Shown here piece after piece: positions 51,215-60,991 of a DNA stretch of 64,000 nt. A program made the translations under genes and the position numbers. The stretch's first letter is position 1. The number at the start of each line of letters is the position of its first letter. The stretch is taken from positions 162,926,018-162,990,017 of the forward strand of contig NC_083401.1 in assembly GCF_020745735.1 (NCBI RefSeq), read 5' to 3'. Source of the DNA: Hemiscyllium ocellatum (Eukaryota). The notes beneath the pieces were generated by a model that did no database searches, was not told where the DNA came from, and saw only the letters and a list, made by a program, of their open reading frames with translations.

Positions 51215-52862
51215 GGGAGATTTACCAGGATGATGCTGGGACCAGAGAGTTTGATTTATAAGGAAAAGGTGGATAGGCTGGGAGTTCTTTCACTGGAACA
51301 TAGGAGGTTGAGGAGTGTTCTTGTAGAAGTTTATAAAATCTTAAGGGGCAGAGATAAGGTGAATAGCAAAGGTCTTTTCCCTAGGGTTGGGGAGTCCAAA
51401 ACTAGGAAGCATATTTTTAAGGTGAGTGAAGAAAGATTTGAAAGGGACCTGAGGGGCAACTTTTCATACAGAGGGTGCTTCATATGTGAATGAACTTCCA
51501 GAAGAAATCATGGATGCAGATACACTTACAACAGTCAAAAGACACTTGGGGATTGGCATATGAATAGGAAAGGTTTAGAGGCATTTGGTCAGCATGGATA
51601 ACATCTGTTTCTGTATAACTGTATGACTATAAATCAGATTTTCTTTTGGCCTCAGACATTTTTACTGCAGAGTGAGAGAGACACCACCTGCTCATTGTAT
51701 GGACTTCAGTAAGGTGGTCAACAAGGTTCCCTAGGGGAGACTGATTAGCATGGAATACAGGGAGAACTAGCCATTGAGATACAGAACTGGCTTGAAGGTA
51801 GAAGACAGAAGGTGGTGGTGGACGGTCATTTTTCAGACTGGAAGCCTGTGACCAGTGGAGTGCCACTAGGATTGGTGCTGGGTTCACTACTTTTCATCGT
51901 TTATATAAATGATTTTGATGCGAGCATAAGAGGTACAGTTAGTAAGTTTGCAGATGGCACCAAAATTGGAGGTGGAGTGGACAGCGAAGAAGGTTACCTC
52001 AGATTACAACGGGATCTTGATCAGATGGGCCAATCAGGAATGGCAGCGGAGTTTATTTTAGATAAATGCAAGGTGCTGCATTTTGGGAAAGCAATTCAGA
52101 GCAGGACTTATACACTTAATGGTAAGGTCCTAGGGAGTGGTGCTGAACAAAGAGACCTTGGAGTGCAGGTTCATAGCTCCTTGAAAGTGGAGTTGCAGGT
52201 AGATAGGATAGTGAAGAAAATGTTTACTATGCTTTCCTTTCTTGATCAGAGTTTTGAAGACAGGAGTTGGGAGGTCATGTTGCGGCTGTACAGGACATTG
52301 GTTAGGCCACTGTTGGAATATTGCGTGCAATTCTGGTCTCCTTCCTATTGGAAGGATGTTGTGAAACTTGAAATGGTTCAGAAAAGATTTACAAGGATGT
52401 TGCTAGGGTTAAAGGATTTGAGCTATAGGGAGACATTGAATAGGCTAGGGCTGTTTTCCCTGGGGCGTCGGAGACTGAGGGGTGACCTTATAGAGATCTA
52501 TAAAATCACAAGGGGCATGGATAAGATAAATAGACAAAGTATTTTCCCTGTGGTGGGGGAGCCCAGAACTAGAGGACACAGGTTTAGGGTGAGAGGGGAA
52601 AGATATAAAAAAGACATAAGGGGCAACATTTTCACACAGAGGGTGGTATGTGCATGGAATGAGCTGCAGAGGGTATGGTAGAGTTTGGTACAATTACAAC
52701 ATTTAAAAGGCATTTCGATGGGTATATGAATAGGAAGGGTTTGGAGGGATATGGGCTGGTTGCTGGCAAGTGGGGCTGGATTAGATTAGGATATCTGGTC
52801 AGAATGGACAAATTGGATCAAAGGGAGTGTTTCCATGCGGTACAATCTCTATGATTGTGATT
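51215..52862 (+). mobile_element. Two adjacent CR1/HER1 3' fragments (51215-51630 and 51695-52862)
   Basis: ORF 51230-51493 and ORF 51812-52681 (TSGVPLGLVLG, KFADGTKIG, RPLLEYCVQFWSP). Confidence 0.93.
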
Positions 52863-54049
52863 CTTCCAGCAATTCAAAGGCTTCTCATGGTATTGATCCC
52901 ACCATATGACGTTCAGCCTCCTAGAAACCAATCAGAATTGCCATCAGGCTGATCTTTAGCATCCACAACTGGTCATAATTGGAGTAACCAATCAACTGCT
53001 GTTGTTGGTCAGCTCTCATTCTGCAAACACCTGCATAGTGCCATACCATCTACAAAACAGCTTCAGTGCTGCTTGAACAAAGCAACAGTGTAAACACCAC
53101 TCCCAATGAGCTGCAGTAACCGGATTTTAGAAGCGCAGCAATTCCTTCCCATGCCTTTTGTTTTGTAACAGTCCATTTTTCAGATTTCAGTTTGCAATCA
53201 AAAGTACAAAAACTATACGGAGACAGTCTTTACAATCTGATTGCTCATGAATGGTGTTTAGCACTGTGCTATCATCATTGAACATCCAGCTCCTGACTGG
53301 AAGTTGAAGGAAAGGTATTTGAAGAACTCTTTATAGCATATGGGTCTATATATGGGACACTCCCTGAGGAAGTCCTGCCATAATGTCATAGGGCTGAGAT
53401 GATTGAGCAGCAACCATAATCATCTTTCTTTGTGCTAGACGTGATACCAACCAGCCAGAGTTTTCCCAAGCTTCCCATGGACTTCAGTTTTGTTCGAATT
53501 CATTGATGCCATTTCCAAGAGGGACTTAGTAGCTTCGCTACTGACCAAACTGGCCAAATCTGAAAATACATAGCTGTTTGACTCAATCTGCACTAAATGG
53601 TGTGGAACCAAAAAAAACTGGAAAAAAATCTGCTTGACATTATCCCCATCAATCTACTTATTGCAGCTGCATCCTCAAGAAAACAGGTCATCCTGAGCAC
53701 CAAACCACACTTGTAGAAATAAAGTCTAGTTTTATCATGTTGTATGGTCCTATCACAGCACTAAATGAGTGGATATCAAACGGATCTAGCAACTCAAAAC
53801 TAGATAACTGTGAGGCACTATATCTCATTGGCAGCAGCAGAATTGTATTCAGTCACAATCTGTGACTTCATGTACCGGCTAATGCGTGATTACCAGAAAG
53901 TGAGGTCAAACCTGGTTTAATGAAAAGTGCGGAAGGCCATGCCAAGAGTCATGTCAAGCTTGCTGAAATATGAGATAGCAGCCCAGTGAAGCTACAGCAC
54001 TGAAATATTTGCATAGCAAACAGCAGAGGCAGTATGAAATTGGCTAGGC

Positions 54050-55248
54050 TAACTAACTTGGTTGAGTTTTTTGAAGAAGTAATGAAGAGGATTAATGAGG
54101 GCAGAGCAGTGGATGTAATCTCATTGCACTTCAGTAAGGAGTTCGACAAGGTTCCTCGTGGTTAGCAAGGTTAGATCTCATGGAATACAAGGAGAACTAG
54201 CCATTTGGATACAGAACTGGCTCAAAGGTAGAAGACACAAGATGGTGGGTAACAGTTGCTTTTCAGACTGGAGGCCTGTGACCAGTGGAGTGCCACAAGG
54301 TTTAGTGCTGTGTCCACTGCTTTTTGTCATTTACATAACTGATTTGGGTGTGAATATAGGAGGTATGGTTGGTAAGTTTGCAGATGACACCAAAATTGGC
54401 AGTGAAGCTGACAGCGAAGAAGGTTACCTCAGAGTAAAACGGGATCTTGATCAGATGGACAAAAGGGCCAAGGAGTGACTGACAGAGTTTAATTTAGATA
54501 AATGTGAGGCGCTGCACTAAGGAAAGGCAAATCAGGGCAGGATTTATATACTTAATGGTAAGATCCTAGGGAGTGTTGCTGAACAAAGAGACCTTGGAGT
54601 TCAGGTTCATAGCTCCCTGACAGTAGACAATTGGTCAGAGTATTGAATATAGGAGTTGGGCGGTCTTGGTTACAGATGTACAGGACATTGGTTAAGCCAC
54701 TTTTGGAATACTGCATGCCGTTCTGGTCTCTCTGCTACAGGAAAGATGTTGTGAAACTTGAAAGGGTTCAGAAATGATTTATAAGGATGTTGCCAGGGCT
54801 GGAGGATTTGAGCTATAAAGAGAGGCTGAACAGCTTGGGGCTGTTTTCCCTGGAGCATTGGAGGCTGAGGGGTGACCTTATAGACGTTTATAAAATCATG
54901 AGAAGCTTGGATAGGATAAATAGACAAGGTCTTTTCCCTGGGGTCGGGGAGTCCAGAACTAGTGGGCATAGGTTTAGGGTGAGAGGGGAAAGATATAAAA
55001 GAGACCTAAGGGGCAACGTTTTCATGCAGAGGGTGATACATGCATGGAATGAGTTGCCAGAGGAAATGGTGGAGGCTGGCACAATTACAACATTTAAAAG
55101 GCATCTGGATGGGTATATGAATAGGAAGGGTTTTGAGGGATATGGGCCGGGTGCTGGCAAATGGGACTAGGGGCTTATTTAGGATATCTGGTCGGAATGG
55201 ATGAGTTGTACCAAAGGGTCTGTTTCCATGCTGTACATCTGTGACTCT
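54050..55248 (+). mobile_element. CR1/HER1 RT and 3' end, nested in the second LINE family
   Basis: ORFs 54158-54478 (SGVPQG, KFADDTKIG) and 54787-55170. Confidence 0.93.
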
Positions 55249-56122
55249 AAGTGCTCCCGCAACCAACATGTGAGATCTAAACTCTGCAGTCCTATGCATC
55301 TAACTCTGAATGATGGTGAGCAATTAATCAACTAAAAACAAATGGGAAGACTCCGCAAACATCCCCAACCTCAATAATGAGTCAACCCAACACATCAAGG
55401 TAAAAAACAAAGCGGAATCGTTAGACCCATCTTGGCCTCCTCCTGAGATCTACATCTTCATAGATGACAGTCTTCAGACAATTTGCAAACTGAAAATGAC
55501 AGAAGACATGATACTCTCCAAAGGCTATGGGCCCTGATTACATTGCATCAATAGTATGGAAGACTGATGCATCAGCATGAGCCAGACTTAGTCACGCTGT
55601 CCCAGTACAGTACTGACATCTACCAGATAATGTGGAAAGTTGCACAGTAATATCCTATCGACAAAAATCAGGACAAATCCGCCTTAGTCAATTACTGCCC
55701 CATCGGTCCACTGTTGATCATCAGTGAAGTAATGGAAGAGGTTATTGACTGAGTGGCACCTGCTTAGCAATAAACTGTTCACAAATTATCAGTATTTCTG
55801 TGGACAAATAAACAGAGCATTGGAGCAGCCTGAATTTTTCATAGAATTGCTTTAAGTAGAAACCACCTGTAAAATAATACAACACCCCAGAGATAAGCTA
55901 ACAAGGATCATTAACTGTTAGTTTCCAATCGACCAGATCAGAACTGCAAAAAGTAACATGAAAATGTTTGGTACTGTTTGTATCTCAGGTCAAAATAATA
56001 TGAATATATGCTTGAGGAAGAGGAGGTGAGAGAGAAAAAAAGAATCATTTGAAACTATTTTTGGGGAGTGAACATGATATTGATACCACAAAAGTTTTTT
56101 TCTTTATCTGTTTTTTGCTTAG

Positions 56123-56180
56123 ATCCAGTGGCAAGGAGTATGCACTGAAAATAATTGACAAGGCCAAGTGCAGTGGGAAG
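56123..56180 (+). CDS. DCLK2: DCLK2 exon, kinase subdomain II with catalytic Lys: (R)SSGKEYALKIIDKAKCSGK
   Basis: Acceptor ttttttgcttag, donor AAG|gtaaga; 58 nt, phase 2 to 0. ALKIIDKAKC motif as in DCLK2. Confidence 0.96.
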
Positions 56181-56229
56181 GTAAGAAAATTTCCTGTTCA
56201 GCATTATTTTTCTTCAGTGTTTGACTAAC

Positions 56230-57110
56230 TTCTGGGATACGGCTTGAAGTCTACAGCAGAGCAGTGGGGGACATTCGAAAAGGAGCTGGGGAGAATACAG
56301 ATCCAACAGATATTCTTTCGAGGGAAATATAGGAGCAGAACATTCAGAGAACTCTGAACGACGAGGACTGCATGAGGAAGAATAAAAAAGCTCTCAGCAC
56401 GTGCAAAGAGAGCAGCATTTCAGCATCAGCCCGAGAGGAATACAGGAAGTGAGGAGGAAACATAAGAACACAATCAGAAGAGCAAAAATGGACATGAACT
56501 TGCGAGCAGGATTAGGGAGAATCCTAAGATATTTTGTAAGTACATTAAAGGGAGCAGGTTAAGCAGGGAAGGAATATGGCCCATTTGGGACCAAGAGGGC
56601 GTTGTCTGTGTGAAGCCGCAGGATATTGGAAAGGTGCTAAATGAATACTTCTCTTCAGTCTTCACTCTGGAAAAGGAGAACGTCAGTACGGAATTCAGGA
56701 AAATGGGTTGTGAGGCACTTGTGCAATTTGGTGTAGGAAATGGGGAGATCTTGGACGCTCTGTCAGGCTTAAAAACAAACAAATCCCTTGCCCCAGATGA
56801 ACCGCATCCCAGGCTGCTCTGGGAGGCAAGGCAGGAAGTTGTGGGGGGCTCTGCAACAAATTTTTAATTCCTGTCTGGCCACAGGGGAAGTGCCAACGGA
56901 CTGGAGGATAGCTTTTCAGGAAGGGTGGTAGAGATGGCCAGGAAATTACAGGCTGATGAATCTCACATCAGTGGTAGGGAAACTATTAGAGAAAGTTCCG
57001 AAGGAGAGCATTAATACCCACTTGGAAAGGCATGGGCCAACTAGGGATAGTCAGCATGGCTTTGTCACAGGGAAGTCACACCTAACAATTTGTTGGAATT
57101 ATTTGAAAAT
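56230..57110 (+). mobile_element. CR1 ORF2 middle fragment starting ~50 nt after a DCLK2 exon
   Basis: VLNEYFSSVFT, KSLAPDEPHPRLL, NLTSVVGKLLE and SQHGF. Confidence 0.88.
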
Positions 57111-57307
57111 GTGCTCAAGTGTGTGTTTCACTTTGGTCCCAATGACAGAAACATTCCAGCAGTCAGATTGCTCTCAGTGTGATTACAGAGCTACCCACTT
57201 AGTTCAACACTATACAAGTCAACATCCTGCCTTTGTTGACCACACAATATGGTGCCAATCTGTTTTTCTCTTTGTCTTTGTAATTTCAACCTCATTAACT
57301 CTTTGCG

Positions 57308-57613
57308 GGGTGGCACAGTGCATCAGTGGCTTGCATCGAAGTTTGCATATTTTCCCTGTCTGCTTGGGTTTCCTCCTACAGTCCAAAGATGTGTAGATAA
57401 GGTAGATTGCCCCATAGTGCCCAGGGATGTGGAGGCCTGGTGGGTTAGCCATAGTAAATGCAGGATTACGGGGATAGCACGGGGTGGGGGGTGGTGGGGG
57501 GGGGGGGGGGAGGTGGCTGCGTCTGGATGAGATGTTCCTCAGAGGGTAGGTGCAGACTCGATGGGCTGAATGGCCTCTTTCCACATTGTGGGGATTTTAT
57601 GATTCCATGATTC
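57308..57613 (+). mobile_element. Degenerate HE1-type V-SINE with G-rich tract
   Basis: ggtggcacag head, tttcctcctacagtccaaagatgtg V-domain end and CR1-like tail. Confidence 0.7.
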
Positions 57614-57829
57614 GAACTTAGTGTCAACATAGAAGGATAACCTGATGAAATGAGGTTATCCTGATCTATTGCCTTATCTTTGAATCAACCCGCATGTTTG
57701 ATGTTTAATGCTTCAAATTAAACATAATTTAAAAGACAGAAAATAAAAAGGGGCATAATCCTATTAAGTCTGAAGCACATGCTGCAGTTTAAGGAAGCAC
57801 ATGTTTCAGTTATGACTATTGAAGATCTG

Positions 57830-58900
57830 TGGTGAAGAAAGAAGATAACTTTCAAGAACTTGAAATCAAGTGCCAGGCATTGAAAGCACTGAATGAAGGA
57901 AAGATATGCAAAAAAAATTCAATCTGAATTCATTGTCAAACACAATAGAGTGAGCGGTCAGATAAAAAAAAATGCTGAAAAGATTAAAGAGAATTATTAG
58001 AGAATGGAATACTAACACCAAAAAGATGATTTGGAGATGCCGGTGTTGGACTGGAGTGTACAAAGTTAAAAATCACACAACACCAGGTTATAGTCCAACA
58101 GGTTTAATTGGAGGCATGCTAGCTTTGGCGCACTCTGAAAGCTAGTGTTTCCAAATAAACTATAACCTGGTGCTGTGTGGTTTTTAATCAAAAAGATGCA
58201 ACTTGCAAAATATCTGAGATTGAAGAAGGCACTCTTCACTTGGTACAAAGATACAATTACAGTCAACCCAAGCGAAGGGCTAACAAAAGAAACCCTTTTC
58301 TCGAGCAAGTTTAAAGTGTTGCAGATAAAATTGATGTTGACAATTTTACTCCTAGCAATGGCTGTTTCTTTTTAAATGGTGACATAATCGCATCCACACA
58401 CAGCTCTGAGGGAAAGGTTCATTTGTCGACACTTCAGAATGATTCGCATAAGTATGTTCAAGAAATTGTTCAAGAATATAACCCAATGGAGATCTTTAAT
58501 GTGGACAAAATTACCCTATTCTATGAATGCACACTAGATAAAACTTACACTGCCAAGGAACAGCCTGCAGTTGATAGTAAGCAACCAATAGATCTTATTG
58601 CCGCAAACCTGACCAAAACTGAAAAGACATGGTTTATTATCCATCTGCAGGTTCAAAAAGCCAACTGGCATAAACAACAGCAACTATTTCCCAGTCATCT
58701 CTGAAACAAACCAGAAGGCCGAGATGAAATGTACAATTTTTAATTCATTGGGTTCAGAGATTTGAACAGCGCTTGCAGTTCCAGAGAAGCAAGATCCTGA
58801 CACTCGTGGATAATTGCTCAGCCCTCCTAACATCCAAAACTAAAAGCCGTAGAAAAGCATACCCACCCAACACTTTAAGTGCTCAGCCAATGGAACTAAG
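57830..58900 (+). mobile_element. Tigger/pogo (CENP-B-like DDE) transposase fossil
   Basis: KKMQLAKY...ALFTWYK (CENP-B HTH), FTPSNG, YNPMEIFNVDKITLFYECTLDKT (IFNADETGLF motif), KILTLVDNCSA and PPNTLSAQPME. Confidence 0.85.
58029..58188. mobile_element. Penelope family B fold-back mini-element inserted in the Tigger fossil
   Basis: Duplication caaaaagatg at 58019-58028 and 58189-58198. The arms invert inside hammerhead stem II (~58128). Confidence 0.85.
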
Positions 58901-59212
58901 ATATACAGCATCTTGTGTTGCAACAACAGACAACAGTGCCACTGTGGAAGCTGTTACAAAGGCAGCAGGTTCTGTTAAGACAGCTGAGGAATTTGAGCAG
59001 ACAGAAGCTGAACATCCAATTCTCTTTATGATTTTCTCACCTTTCTTTTTGGGACATCTGAGTTCCTTATTGGTTTTTAGTATGTCCCCACTTATGAATG
59101 CTCAGCCATGTGATTGTGTTTGTCCATGGGAGCCAAGTTCACCATTTTTCATCTGTGAACTAATATCGTGAACCTGAACAACTGAATGTTCAAAGCTTAA
59201 TTGAATAAGTTA

Positions 59213-59477
59213 TGATTTGGAGGTGCCAGTGTTGGACTGGGGTGTACAAAGTTAAAAATCACACAACACCAGGTTATAGTCCAACAGGTTTAATTGGAAG
59301 CACACTAGCTTTCGGAGCGACGCTCCTTCATCAGGTGATAGTGGAGGGCTATAAATTCTGCATGTTAGGATTGAGCCCTCCACTATCACCTGATGAAGGA
59401 GCGTCGCTCCGAAAGCTAGTGTGCTTCCAATTAAACCTGTTGGACTATAACCTGGTGTTGTGTGATTTTTAACTTTG
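59213..59477. mobile_element. Penelope family B fold-back mini-element: perfect 104-bp inverted repeat with two intact hammerheads
   Basis: Arms 59247-59350 and 59374-59477 are exact reverse complements, with a 23-nt loop and a ~35-nt tail on one side only. Duplication ttgaataagtta at 59201-59212 and 59475-59486. Confidence 0.92.
59387..59421 (+). ncRNA. Minimal type I hammerhead motif (CUA triplet); mirror copy on the minus strand at 59303-59337
   Basis: cac-CUGAUGA-A-GGAGC-guc-GCUCC-GAAA-GCUA-gug: stem I cac/gug, stem II 5 bp, stem III the AGCU palindrome. Confidence 0.75.
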
Positions 59478-59723
59478 AATAAGTTAGAGCAACTCAGGAT
59501 AACTCCGAAATGAAGGACCATTTACATATTCTAAAGTGATTAGATAATTATTTTAATTATCAGTTGTCAATCGATTTGAAACAAAAGGAGTTTCACCATG
59601 ATGTAAATTGAATGTGGAGTCCTTACTGCTTTGCCCTAATTGGCGTGTAGTTGCTATTGGTTAGAACTAAGGCCACTTTGTTGTTATAAATGATATTTCT
59701 ACTGTGCTTTTCTTTATTATTAG

Positions 59724-59843
59724 GAGCACTTAATTGAGAATGAGGTGGCAGTGCTGAGGAGGGTTAAACATCCCAACATCATCATGTTAATTGAAGAAGT
59801 AGACACACCGACAGAGTTGTACCTAGTAATGGAGTTAGTCAAG
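59724..59843 (+). CDS. DCLK2: DCLK2 exon, kinase subdomains III-V: [40 protein letters not shown]
   Basis: Acceptor ttttctttattattag, donor AAG|gtaaga; 120 nt, phase 0 to 0. [20 protein letters not shown] is DCLK2-type. The next exon (GGDLFDA...) is not in the window. Confidence 0.96.
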
Positions 59844-60009
59844 GTAAGAGGACTTAAAGAAGTTGGAAATGAGTCAGTTGCGGGTAAAATAAATTTCCAT
59901 TCACTTATTAAAGACTCTTGATTGCTACCCAAAGCCAGATGTTCTTGTCCCAACATGCAGATTATGAGCACTGCAAAGCTTACCCAGTCCCTAAAACAGG
60001 AACAATGGT

Positions 60010-60758
60010 CTGTAATGGAATTTGAAATACTGTGCACAGTTTTGGACACATTATCGAAAGAAGGATGTGCTGGCATTGGAGGAAGTCTAGCAGAAAGATC
60101 CTGGGGATGAAGGGCTTGTCATGTGACTAACAGTTGAGGTGTCTGGGTCTGTACCTGGAGTTTTGGGGAACGAGGGGGATCTGATTGAAGCTTACAGAGT
60201 ATTGAGGGGCGTGGATACAGTGGACTGGAGATGATGTTTCCACTACTAGGAGATACTAGGAGCCAAACCTCAGTGAAGGGATGAGCCTTTAGAACTGAGA
60301 TGAGAAGGAACTTCTTCAGCCACAGGATGGTGAATCTGTGGAGCTCATTGCTGCAGAGTCTGTGGAGGCCAAGGCATTATGTGGGTTTAAGATGGAGATA
60401 GGTTCTTGATTAGTAAGGGTTATGGGGAGAAGGGAGGAGATGGGTTGAGAAACGTATCAGAGCTGAAAATGTGTTGCTGGTTAAAGCACAGCAGGTTAGG
60501 CAGCATCCAAGGAACAGGAAATTCGACATTTCGGGCCAGAGCCCTTCATCAGGATGAAGGGCTCTGGCCCAAAACGTCAAATTTCCTGTTCCTTGGATGC
60601 TGCCTAACCTGCTGTGCTTTAACCAGCAACACATTTTCAGCTCTGATCTCCAGCATCTGCAGACCTCACTTTTTACTCTGAGAAACGTATCAGGCAGGAT
60701 CAAATGGTGGAGCAGCCTCAATGGCATGAATGGCCTAATTCAGCTCCTATTTTTTATG
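60010..60758 (+). mobile_element. Older CR1 3' fragment carrying a Penelope fold-back insertion
   Basis: RGDLIEAYRVLRG...RRNFFSHRMVNLW and a CR1 3' UTR. Confidence 0.8.
60461..60678. mobile_element. Penelope family A fold-back mini-element with 15-bp TSD
   Basis: tgagaaacgtatcag at 60446-60460 and 60679-60693. The ~95-bp arms have a 2-nt loop at 60551-60552, and the arm mismatches are at CpG sites. Confidence 0.92.
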
Positions 60759-60786
60759 GCCTTCTGGTCAATCCTGAACAGATATG

Positions 60787-60991
60787 AGCTGAAAATGTGT
60801 TGCTGGAAAAGCGCAGCAGGTCAGACAGCATCCAAGGAACAGGAGATTCGACGTTTCGGGCATAAACCCTTCTTCAGGCTTATGCCCGAAATGTCGAATC
60901 TCCTGTTCCTTGGATGCTGCCTGACCTGCTGCGTTTTTCCAGCAACACATTTTCAGCTCTGATCTCCAGCATCTGCAGACCTCTCTTTCTC
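60787..60991. mobile_element. Penelope family A fold-back mini-element with 14-bp TSD
   Basis: cctgaacagatatg at 60773-60786 and 60992-61005. The minus-strand core CTGAAGA-agggtttatgccc-GAAACGTC is intact; the plus arm starts within stem II. Confidence 0.92.

Noticed and set aside
51812-52681. 289-aa ORF
   Set aside because: CR1 RT fragment with the catalytic FADD mutated to FADG and no 5' part.
38790-53235. Solo-LTR-like segments at ~38790-39370, ~45920-46935 and ~50818-51200 plus 52865-53234
   Set aside because: They look like insertions with minus-strand AATAAA and partial TG..CA ends, but I found no convincing TSD, PBS/PPT or second copy, so they are not called.
57639-57663. CTGATGA inside the hairpin aggataacct-gatgaaatg-aggttatcct as another hammerhead
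   Set aside because: No stem II followed by GAAA-NUH; the motif is buried in an unrelated hairpin.
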